This document shows positions 25,101 to 32,443 of a stretch of 39,462 nt of DNA, one piece after another. This DNA comes from Verrucomicrobiota bacterium (GTDB lineage Bacteria; Verrucomicrobiota; Verrucomicrobiia; Limisphaerales; UBA1412), in the NCBI GenBank assembly GCA_016283885.1, contig JAEENR010000198.1, positions 1-39,462 on the forward strand. Reading direction: 5' to 3'. Within the stretch, counting starts at the first letter, position 1. Each line of letters starts with the position of its first letter. Below the pieces are notes generated by a model. That model worked only from the letters and a program-made list of their open reading frames with translations. It was not told the DNA's origin and searched no databases. Made by a program: the position numbers and the translations under genes.

Positions 25101-25550
25101 AATCACTGGCACACGAATTACAAGGCCGAACAGCCGGGCGTGACCACTTTCCATTATGTGATCGAAGTCCATAAAGGTGGTTATAATGCCGCCGCGGCCG
25201 CGCGTTTTGGTCAGGAAACGACAAGACCTCTGGTGAGCGCGGTACCCGCGTCCGGTCCGGAGAAAAGACGTATCTATCGGATGCCGGTTCCGGAAAATGA
25301 GAATCTGATAGTGGAGACTTTGAAAGTCAGCGAAGACGGTCAGGCGCAGATCTACCGCATCCAGAATGCGGCAGATCAGACGGAAACGCTGGACATCTCA
25401 AAATGGAAGAGATTCGGTACCATATATCAGACAGACCTGAGCGAAAAACCGCTGAAGACCGCGAAATCAAAGATAAAGATCCCGGCTCACGGGATATTGA
25501 ATCTGCGCGTGGATTACGGACAGGTTTACTTCGATGGTAAACTGTGGTGA
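22107..25550 (+). CDS. glycoside hydrolase family 38 (alpha-mannosidase-like) with a ~300-aa N-terminal non-catalytic extension, secreted
   Basis: FYLFPHSHVDIGYTH (GH38 metal-binding HxHxD motif) begins only at about residue 335 of the ORF. CDVPGYTWG and TPYWEDGAAS occur downstream. The ORF is open from 22065. ATG 22107 has an AAAGG 6 nt upstream, and 22140 (MKQNKLFLV...) is an alternative start. Signal peptide ...GTMAYA/DE. Confidence 0.8.
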   Translation: MVNLMKLWHKRMKQNKLFLVFTFLTGAWMLMGTMAYADELLWTIGTPDKSDAEFLGAPNEYTRCPQMAQYVIGESVPQKDWPFMQLGPADAWGGSCAHTNQIIFSLKEKPAENQECRLVLHFKNVHKEVPPMLELRLNGQVACKLQLKSGQGDALAQGRVKEVIGQQEEVRINSSLLNQGENFLQIANINGSWLYYDAIQFFVPGPDFALTIPSDTGESLKILKVSSSGVLLRGGDKQVYAPVELMLGYVGKPRSVEFLFNGSKVGEGDLVLGGQVIELTLPVKGRLSGTKKGTLLICAGGETLARSQISVDMPKLKQFYLFPHSHVDIGYTHRQDDVVGIQEDNMNVAIGLAEASKDAPPEARFRWNPESLWVTDHYLAEESNINKERFLEAVQNGSVSLDALYGNLLTGLCRPEELYRGVGYFSQWAQDQTGVPIRSAAICDVPGYTWGTMAMMGQAGIKYFAIAPNYSDRIGSVHAVWNDKPFYWVSQSGQEKVLCWITAHYWKHGDLEAEVLNHLKTRQTSDYPYDLEWMYWIAARSNGDCDNSPPDTHLSESVQQWNRKYIAPQLVIGTAKTFFPLFEKKYGKQLPEYSGDMTPYWEDGAASTSAETGLNRRSADKLSQAETLWAVLRLTERPAEAFREAWKNVLLYSEHTWGAYCSISKPDDPFTTSQWARKRQFALDAADQAEALLKQGAMDQGGDDSKKVQLWNTTQWPRTELVKATPVMAKQGSLVKNAANVTMPSQRLRNGDLVFLAKDVPGLSARSYEAFQGDSVPPVQGVRVEGNQLISSELIVTLDEETGAIKELRIPGDDHNFVDTQAPVRVNDYRYLKGTNPADALPNGKVTITAGETGPLVASLIVTSDAPGCVDLVREVRLVAGERRVEVINHVNRELVREKDAVHFGFAFNVPGGQVLMETPWAVVRPNKDQLPGSCYNWFTVQRWVDISNDEYGVLWAPVDAPLMQIGGITANLLGSVRLDEWMTEANESQMIYSWAQNNHWHTNYKAEQPGVTTFHYVIEVHKGGYNAAAAARFGQETTRPLVSAVPASGPEKRRIYRMPVPENENLIVETLKVSEDGQAQIYRIQNAADQTETLDISKWKRFGTIYQTDLSEKPLKTAKSKIKIPAHGILNLRVDYGQVYFDGKLW

Positions 25551-25569
25551 GAAACCAAATCAGAATACC

Positions 25570-26394
25570 ATGAAACCGATGACTGAACCTTCTGTGCTTT
25601 TGCTGATCCCGGCCTATAATGAAGAGGCGCGGATCGCTCCGGTATTGGAGGAATACGTGCGGTATTTTAGGGGATCTTATACGGGTAGTTTCTCCCTGTT
25701 AGTAGTGCTGAACGGGTGCCGTGATAATACGCTAGGTGTCGTCCGGGCCGCGCATGAGAAATACCCGGAGGTGCGTTATATGAATTTTGACGAGCCTATT
25801 GGTAAAGGCGGCGCGCTGATCGAGGGATTGAAGTATTACCATGAGGCTGATTACATCGGTTATGTGGACGCGGACGGTGCGACAGGACCGGCGGCTTTTC
25901 ACGATCTGATCCGTCACTGCCGGGAAGCTGATTGCGTTTTTGGTTCACGCTGGCTGCCGGATTCCGTGATCCATCAGTCCCAGGAAAGCAAGCGTCAGTT
26001 CGCCAGCCGCTGTTTTCATCTGATCGTGCAGACGCTCTTCTGGATGAATATCAAGGATACTCAGTGCGGAGCGAAGCTGATCCGCAGAGAGGCAGCGGAA
26101 GCGGTGCAGAATCAGCTGACCATCGCGGACATGGCATTTGACATCAATCTGCTCTACGCCCTCAAAAAGAAGGGATTTACTCTAAAAGAGATCCCTACGG
26201 AATGGACGGATAAGATCGGAACAAAAGTCGTGCTGGGGAGAACATCGCTGACGATGCTGCTTTCGGTGATCCGGCTGAGGGTGATCTATTCGCCGTTTTT
26301 CAAGCCGTTTCGTTTTATACTGACACCGCTCTCGACTTATCTCTATAAGAAACTGGCGGCACCGCATCGCAACTACAAAGGAGATGAAAAGTGA
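25570..26394 (+). CDS. family 2 glycosyltransferase, polyprenyl/dolichyl-phosphate hexosyltransferase-like, with a C-terminal membrane segment
   Basis: LLIPAYNEEARI, VLNGCRDNT, YVDADG(A) and TQCGAK match GT2 DPM1/ALG5-like motifs. The C-terminus is hydrophobic (LTMLLSVIRLRVIY). ATG 25570 is preferred over 25534. Confidence 0.75.
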   Translation: MKPMTEPSVLLLIPAYNEEARIAPVLEEYVRYFRGSYTGSFSLLVVLNGCRDNTLGVVRAAHEKYPEVRYMNFDEPIGKGGALIEGLKYYHEADYIGYVDADGATGPAAFHDLIRHCREADCVFGSRWLPDSVIHQSQESKRQFASRCFHLIVQTLFWMNIKDTQCGAKLIRREAAEAVQNQLTIADMAFDINLLYALKKKGFTLKEIPTEWTDKIGTKVVLGRTSLTMLLSVIRLRVIYSPFFKPFRFILTPLSTYLYKKLAAPHRNYKGDEK

Positions 26395-28796
26395 ATAAAA
26401 ACACGTTAGACCCAAAACAGGACAATGATTTCCCGGAGTGGCTGCGGATCCTTCCGCTGGCGGACTGTGTCGTTTTTCCGGGCACGGTCATTCCACTGCT
26501 GATAGATGATCCGGTGCAGATCCGTGTGCTGGATGAAGCGCTGAACGGGGATTGCTATGTGGGCGTTGTGACACAGCGCGATCCTGATGAACTCCAGCCG
26601 CAGGCGAAAGACCTGGTAAAGAATGGCTGTCTGGTCAGGATCAAACAGATGGTCACTGTTCAGGAGAAATTGCTGAGGATCCGTGTGGAGGGCATCGCGC
26701 GCTTTACTGTGGAACGCTGCAAAACAGAGGAACTCCAGGAATCGGCCATCCTTCTGGCAAAGGTTGCTTACCATGAGGATATATACGATTCAGACGGCAT
26801 CAGTAAGACCGATTATCAGGTGTTGACAGAACGTCTGGTGCAGGAGTTCGATGTGTACGCGGGAGCATCTGTGACGCTGCCGGAGGATTTAAAACTGGTG
26901 GTCAAAAATACCAGTGACCCGGCCAAACTGACTAATCTGGTCGCGTTCGCGCTGACGATCCCGGTAAAAGAAAAACTGAAACTGCTTGCTGAATGCGATG
27001 TGCAAAAACGGTTCAAGCTGTTGTTCCCGCTGCTGAACCGGGAAATCAAATCCGCGCAGCTGGCGGAGCAAATCTTAAAAGATACCAATACCAGTCTTTC
27101 CAGAATACAGCGCGAAGGCTATTTGCGGGAACAGTTGAAAGCGATCCACAAGGAACTTGGAGATGACGGCGGCGAGGAATTGATCCATTTGCGTGGTCTG
27201 ATCAAAAGGAGCCGACTTTCGGAAGAAGCCCTGAAAGTGGCCCGGCATGAGATAGACCGTCTGGCGGCGATCCCGTTCTCATCTCCGGAATATGCCGGCA
27301 CACGGAATTATCTGGATTGGATCCTGAATCTGCCCTGGCGCAAAGAAGACCTGAATCCGAACAGTCTGGGAGAAGCTAAACGAATTTTGAACCGCAACCA
27401 TTATGGGCTGGAAACGCTGAAAGAACGTTTGCTGGAATATCTGGCGATGATAAAGGTGAATGGTTCCGGCAGCGCTCCGATCCTTTGTCTGGTGGGGCCT
27501 CCGGGTGTGGGGAAAACTTCATTGGGACAGAGTATCGCGGAGGCATTGGGACGCAAATTCTGCCGTATTGCTCTGGGCGGTGCGCACGATGTTTCCGAGA
27601 TCCGCGGTCACCGCAGGACGTATGTCAGCGCTCAGCCGGGGAAAATCATCCAGAATCTGCGTCGGCTGGGGACTCGCAATCCGGTGATCCTGCTGGATGA
27701 GATCGACAAGATCGGCAATTCACAGATGGGAGCGGAAACAGCATCCTCGCTTTTGGAACTGCTGGATCCCAATCAAAACACTGCTTTCACGGATAATTTT
27801 TTGGGCATACCTTTTGATTTGTCTCATGTTCTTTTTGTTGCTACGGCGAATTGGCTGGAGCCTATCCATCCCGCTTTGAGGGACCGCATGGAGATACTGG
27901 AGATCCCCGGCTATACTTTTGACGAAAAATGTCATATCGCTGTGCGGCATATCATCCCGGATCTTTTGAAAAAGTGTCTCCTGCCGCCAAACAGTATTCG
28001 TTTTGAACCGGAGGCGCTGAAACGTCTTATCGAATCGTATACGCATGAGGGCGGAGTGCGTGAAATGGATCGTCAGTTGGCTTCCGTGGTTCGTAAGATC
28101 ATCCGCATGGATTTGGAGAATGAAGATTCAGCCGCGAAGAGGAGTACTGTTCCGGACAGAAAAGGTAAACGGGAATTTATCATTACAGCGGAAAAAGTCT
28201 CCGAACTTTTAGGCCATGAACGCTGGCACCCCACACAGCTGGAACAGATAACCCAGACGGGGATCGCCCTGGGACTGGGCTGGACTCCGGAAGGCGGAGA
28301 TGTCATTCCGGTGGAGGCGGCCTGTATGCCGGGACGCGGCGAGTTGATCCTGACGGGAAATCTGGGCAAGGTTTTAATGGAGAGCATTCGGATCGCGATC
28401 AGTTTTCTGCGTTCCGAAGGTGCTGCATTGGGGATAGATCTTTCCGGCTATGCGGAGTCTGATATCCATGTCCATGTACCTGCAGGGGCTGTTGCCAAGG
28501 ATGGCGCCAGTGCCGGTTTGACCGTAGCGGCGGCTTTGGCGTCGCTTTTCAGCGGTAGACGGGTGCGTCCGTCTCTTACCATGACCGGCGAGATCACTCT
28601 GCGCGGAAGACTGCTTCCGGTTGGAGGCATCCGTGAGAAGGTGCTGGCCTCCACGCGTCTGGGGATCAATGAGATCATCCTGCCGGAGGACAACCGTTCT
28701 GATTGGTCGGAGCTTCCGTCAAACGTAAAGAAACAAATAAAGACCCGTTTTTTCAAGAACGCGGGCGAAGCGATTTTATATGCGCTTTCTGAATAA
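26391..28796 (+). CDS. lon: ATP-dependent Lon protease (LonA, endopeptidase La)
   Basis: Lon N-domain (LPLADCVVFPGTVIPLLIDD), Walker A GPPGVGKTS, Walker B ILLDEIDK, and a protease domain with KDGASAGLT (catalytic Ser) and TGEITLRGRLLPVGGIREK (catalytic Lys). The GTG start overlaps the upstream stop as GTGA. Confidence 0.95.
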   Translation: MNKNTLDPKQDNDFPEWLRILPLADCVVFPGTVIPLLIDDPVQIRVLDEALNGDCYVGVVTQRDPDELQPQAKDLVKNGCLVRIKQMVTVQEKLLRIRVEGIARFTVERCKTEELQESAILLAKVAYHEDIYDSDGISKTDYQVLTERLVQEFDVYAGASVTLPEDLKLVVKNTSDPAKLTNLVAFALTIPVKEKLKLLAECDVQKRFKLLFPLLNREIKSAQLAEQILKDTNTSLSRIQREGYLREQLKAIHKELGDDGGEELIHLRGLIKRSRLSEEALKVARHEIDRLAAIPFSSPEYAGTRNYLDWILNLPWRKEDLNPNSLGEAKRILNRNHYGLETLKERLLEYLAMIKVNGSGSAPILCLVGPPGVGKTSLGQSIAEALGRKFCRIALGGAHDVSEIRGHRRTYVSAQPGKIIQNLRRLGTRNPVILLDEIDKIGNSQMGAETASSLLELLDPNQNTAFTDNFLGIPFDLSHVLFVATANWLEPIHPALRDRMEILEIPGYTFDEKCHIAVRHIIPDLLKKCLLPPNSIRFEPEALKRLIESYTHEGGVREMDRQLASVVRKIIRMDLENEDSAAKRSTVPDRKGKREFIITAEKVSELLGHERWHPTQLEQITQTGIALGLGWTPEGGDVIPVEAACMPGRGELILTGNLGKVLMESIRIAISFLRSEGAALGIDLSGYAESDIHVHVPAGAVAKDGASAGLTVAAALASLFSGRRVRPSLTMTGEITLRGRLLPVGGIREKVLASTRLGINEIILPEDNRSDWSELPSNVKKQIKTRFFKNAGEAILYALSE

Positions 28797-28809
28797 GCGC
28801 GAAATAGAT

Positions 28810-29595
28810 ATGAAAATGAAGAAATTTTTAAAATACCTGACATGCGGAACCTTGTCTCTGCTGCTTGTATTCACGTTCGGGTTCAACGGAGCTTCCGCGC
28901 AGTCTCTGATGGAAAAGAAAGAGGAGAAAGCAAAGGATGCTACCGAAATGGTGCAGACGGTCCGGTCTCATGTTCCGACTCAGCCGATCGTCAGTCAAGG
29001 GACACTGATCATCCGTGCGCCCAAGGCCAAGACCCGCTATGTTCCGATCCGTTTTGGTGTGATTCCGGTTGATAGCAGAAGCTGGGAAAGTGTATATGAA
29101 ACGGCTCTCGAAACCGGTACTCAGGAACGGCTGCTGATCCGGTTCTCTGTGGATAAACCCAATGAATATACACTCAGCCGCAAAGCGGAAGGAGAGAAGG
29201 AGTGGACAGAATTGAAACTCAAAGGCGGAGTCGATACGGCGATTTCTTTTGCGGGGACGGATTTCTGGATCTGCGATCTGGGACTGGAATTTTTACAGTG
29301 GTCTCAACAGTCTATGCTGAAACGCGAGATGCGTAAGGGACGCGCCTGCCGTGTGCTGGAAAGCATACCGGCGGAATGGACTGATCCTGTATATGCACGG
29401 GTGGTTTCCTGGGTCGATAATGAAACTGACGGGATCGTGATGGCGCAGGCCTTCAATGAAAAACGCAAACGAGTGAAGGAATTTGAAGTGCAGAGCTTCA
29501 AAAAGGTGGAAGGAGTCTGGCAGCTGAAACGTATGACGATTTATAATAATCTGACCGACAGCCGGACTACACTGGAAATCGATTTGGAGATATAG
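28810..29595 (+). CDS. outer-membrane lipoprotein-sorting (LolA-like) family protein, secreted
   Basis: Signal peptide MKMKKFLKYLTCGTLSLLLVFTFGFNGASA. The C-terminal ...VMAQAFNEKRKRVKEFEVQSFKKVEGVWQLKRMTIYNNLTDSRTTLEI fits the LolA-like PF17131 pattern. Confidence 0.6.
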   Translation: MKMKKFLKYLTCGTLSLLLVFTFGFNGASAQSLMEKKEEKAKDATEMVQTVRSHVPTQPIVSQGTLIIRAPKAKTRYVPIRFGVIPVDSRSWESVYETALETGTQERLLIRFSVDKPNEYTLSRKAEGEKEWTELKLKGGVDTAISFAGTDFWICDLGLEFLQWSQQSMLKREMRKGRACRVLESIPAEWTDPVYARVVSWVDNETDGIVMAQAFNEKRKRVKEFEVQSFKKVEGVWQLKRMTIYNNLTDSRTTLEIDLEI

Positions 29596-29618
29596 GGAAG
29601 AGGAAGTTCTGCGTTTGA

Positions 29619-30701
29619 ATGAAGACATCTGATTTTGATTTTGATCTGCCGCAGGAGCTGATAGCCCAGCACCCTGCCAAACACCGCACGGATTCCCGGT
29701 TGATGGTTTTTCGGCGGCCTGACGGCAATGTGGAGCATCACTTTTTTTCCGAGCTGCCTCAGCTTTTGCGTGAAGGCGATCTACTGATCCTGAATGACAC
29801 ACGGGTGATCCCGGCACGTCTGAAAGCAGTGAGGGATACCGGGCGCGAGTTTGAGATACTCTTGCTGGAAATGATTTCGCCTTCCTGCTGGAAAGCGATG
29901 GTGCGTCACGGCAAGGAGGCATCCAAGGGAATACCTCTGCGCCTGCTGGATCATCAGAGCCAGCCTACAGATGTGATCGCTGAAATTTGCGGAAAGGATA
30001 TTGAAAACGGTACTTACAGTGTCCGTTTTACCCGAAACGGGGAAGAGATAGATTTGAACACCTGTTTGGCTGATTTAGGATCGGTTCCGCTGCCGCCGTA
30101 TATCGAGCGCGCGCCGGAACCGGAAGATGTCGTGCGTTATCAAACGGTTTTTGCACATTATCCGGGTTCGGTAGCGGCTCCGACAGCCGGGCTCCATTTT
30201 TCCGAGAACTTATTGAAGGAACTGCAAAATAAAGGTGTGCAGATACAATATGTCACGCTTCATGTGGGCGCGGGAACTTTTGCTCCGGTCAAGACGGAAA
30301 ACTTGACCGAACATCCCATGCATGAAGAACCGTTCATCCTCACAGAAGAAACCGCTGCCGCCATTCGTCAGGCGAAACACGAAGGCCGTCGAGTCATTCC
30401 GGTGGGGACGACTTCCATGCGTGTGATTGAAAGTGTTGCGCGTGCCCAGGGCGGAACCTCAGAGCTGCATGGCATGACGCTGCGAACCAAATTGTTCATT
30501 TATCCGCCGTCGCCGTTTTATGTGGCGGATGCCTTGATCACTAATTTTCATTTTCCTAAATCAACACTGCTGATGCTGGTGAGCGCGTTTGCCTCGCCGG
30601 GTAAAACAGATGGACGTGAAACGATATTGGAGGCTTATCGAGAAGCCGTGCGCCAGCGGTATCGTTTCTTTAGCTATGGGGACGCGATGTTGATCCAATA
30701 G
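29619..30701 (+). CDS. queA: S-adenosylmethionine:tRNA ribosyltransferase-isomerase
   Basis: SDFDFDLPQELIAQHPAKHRTDSRLMV, LILNDTRVIPARL, LPPYI, YQTVFA, GSVAAPTAGLHF, HVGAGTF and VGTTSMRVIES are collinear with QueA. Confidence 0.95.
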   Translation: MKTSDFDFDLPQELIAQHPAKHRTDSRLMVFRRPDGNVEHHFFSELPQLLREGDLLILNDTRVIPARLKAVRDTGREFEILLLEMISPSCWKAMVRHGKEASKGIPLRLLDHQSQPTDVIAEICGKDIENGTYSVRFTRNGEEIDLNTCLADLGSVPLPPYIERAPEPEDVVRYQTVFAHYPGSVAAPTAGLHFSENLLKELQNKGVQIQYVTLHVGAGTFAPVKTENLTEHPMHEEPFILTEETAAAIRQAKHEGRRVIPVGTTSMRVIESVARAQGGTSELHGMTLRTKLFIYPPSPFYVADALITNFHFPKSTLLMLVSAFASPGKTDGRETILEAYREAVRQRYRFFSYGDAMLIQ

Positions 30702-30711
30702 AAAGGGAGCG

Positions 30712-31401
30712 GTGAATTTTTTTAGAGTCAATATATCATTCTCAGGTAAAAATTCCCCCGCGTTTACTTTGATCGAACTGCTGGTGGTGATCGCGATCAT
30801 CGGCATCCTGGCGGCAATGATCTTGACCGCCATTTCCAAAGCCAAGCAGAAATCTCACCGCATCGTCTGTATGGGTAAGCTCCGTCAGTGGGGCATGGCC
30901 ACGCTCCTTTATGTGGGTGACAACGACGATTATTTGCCACCGGATGGTTCACCCAACGGAACCTCCATCAATGGCGGATGGTATGTGGATCTGCCTCCTT
31001 ATTTGTCGTTGGATCCATACCGGGAAATGCCCTGGCGAACGAATGCCTCCGCTCCCATCAATTTGAGTCTGCCGTGGTTTTGTCCGGCCAATCCCCGGCG
31101 CAGCAACGGCAATAATCTTTTCCACTATTGTCTGAATGAGTATGTGAACAAGACGGGGGATGAGAACGCGCCCATCCGCTATACCACGGTGCGGCGTCCC
31201 AGCAGAATGGTTTGGCTCTTTGATTCCAAGAATCTGCCCGCGGTGGGGTACTGGAATTTTATCCACACCAATATCCATGGCGCGGGTGCGAACATCCTTT
31301 TTCTGGATGGTCACGTTGTCCGCTGCGCTGCATCGGAGTACTGGGATTTTGCCCAAAAGAAAGGCCGGACCAATAATCCGTCACTGCTCTGGATGCAGTA
31401 A
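30712..31401 (+). CDS. DUF1559 / H-X9-DG protein with a prepilin-type N-terminal cleavage/methylation domain
   Basis: AFTLIELLVVIAIIGILAAMIL (type IV pilin-like N-terminus) and HGAGANILFLDGHV (H-X9-DG) near the C-terminus. GTG start. Confidence 0.85.
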   Translation: MNFFRVNISFSGKNSPAFTLIELLVVIAIIGILAAMILTAISKAKQKSHRIVCMGKLRQWGMATLLYVGDNDDYLPPDGSPNGTSINGGWYVDLPPYLSLDPYREMPWRTNASAPINLSLPWFCPANPRRSNGNNLFHYCLNEYVNKTGDENAPIRYTTVRRPSRMVWLFDSKNLPAVGYWNFIHTNIHGAGANILFLDGHVVRCAASEYWDFAQKKGRTNNPSLLWMQ

Positions 31402-31418
31402 AATTTGAAAATGATTTT

Positions 31419-32423
31419 ATGAGTAACAACACATCGAATACTGGTTCAAATCCGGGCAAAGTCGCCCTGGGATTTGATAATTTCTCCATCAATACGACCC
31501 ATTGGAAGGCCGGTAAAATACTGGAATGGGCGGCTGAACATAAAGTGGATGCCGTCTTCTTTTCCGATCTGGAAGTCTATGACAGTCTGGATGATGCCTA
31601 CCTGAAGGATCTGAAGTCCAAGGCGGACGATCTGGGGCTGTTCATCTACATGGGCGGTCTGAGCGTCTGTCCCACTTCAGCCATGTTCAATAAAAAATAC
31701 GGCACGCCCGAAGAATTTCTACGATTGATGATCCGTATTGCCAAAACACTGGGCAGCCCGGTGGTGCGCTGTGTGCTGGGGTCACGCGATGACCGCAAAG
31801 CTCCAGGCGGTATCTGGACTCCGATCCGAGACACGGTGCAGGTGCTGAAGAACATCCGCTCCTATGCTCTTGATGCCGGGATCAAGATCGCCATCGAAAA
31901 CCATGCCGGCGATATGCAGGGATGGGAGCTGGTGCGTCTGGTAGAGATGGCCGGCACCGATTATGTCGGTGTGACGCTAGATTCAGGCAACGCGGTCTGG
32001 ACTTATGAAGACCCCATGACCAACCTGGAAACATTGGCTCCTTACGCAGTGGCTTCCGGTATTCGGGATTCCGTTGTTTGGGAGACCGAAAAGGGACTCT
32101 GCTGTCAGTGGGCCGCGATGGGCGCGGGCACGATGGGAATGAAAGAATATATGAAGCGTTTCGCGGAATTATGTCCGGGAGTGCCCTGCTTCCTGGAGAT
32201 CATCAGCGGCTTCAATTACGATATGCCTTACCTGGATCCGGAGCATCTGAAACTCTGGCCGGAGCTGAAAGGGGTCGGCCTGGCCAAGCTGATCAAACTG
32301 GCCAAAAACGTTCAGCCGGTTCCAGCAGTCAAGAACGCCTGGACTCCAGAATATCAGATCCCGCAGCTGGAACAGAGCATCCGCTACTGCCGTGAAGAGC
32401 TGGGACTGGGATTGAAAGCCTGA
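31419..32423 (+). CDS. sugar phosphate isomerase/epimerase (xylose isomerase-like TIM barrel)
   Basis: ...VVRCVLGS..., [11 protein letters not shown] and VGVTLDSGN follow the AP_endonuc_2/xylose-isomerase-like TIM-barrel pattern. Confidence 0.7.
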   Translation: MSNNTSNTGSNPGKVALGFDNFSINTTHWKAGKILEWAAEHKVDAVFFSDLEVYDSLDDAYLKDLKSKADDLGLFIYMGGLSVCPTSAMFNKKYGTPEEFLRLMIRIAKTLGSPVVRCVLGSRDDRKAPGGIWTPIRDTVQVLKNIRSYALDAGIKIAIENHAGDMQGWELVRLVEMAGTDYVGVTLDSGNAVWTYEDPMTNLETLAPYAVASGIRDSVVWETEKGLCCQWAAMGAGTMGMKEYMKRFAELCPGVPCFLEIISGFNYDMPYLDPEHLKLWPELKGVGLAKLIKLAKNVQPVPAVKNAWTPEYQIPQLEQSIRYCREELGLGLKA

Positions 32424-32443
32424 TAGAATATTCAAATGAACTG

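Noticed and set aside
22734-25172. Long minus-strand ORFs (445, 168 and 277 aa) inside the GH38 gene
   Set aside because: They are antisense to a gene with GH38 motifs. The translations are R/P/H-rich with no recognisable domain.
26391-28796. Lon as a defence-associated Lon-like protease (BrxL/Lit-type)
   Set aside because: It has the complete canonical LonA architecture (Lon N-domain, AAA+ module, Ser-Lys protease) and is embedded among housekeeping genes. No BREX or other defence partners are nearby.
31436-31460. tRNA T-loop-like string GGTTCAAATCC
   Set aside because: The flanking bases do not form a T-stem (actgg versus ccggg) and there is no acceptor or anticodon arm. It lies inside the sugar-phosphate isomerase/epimerase CDS (…TGSNPGK…).
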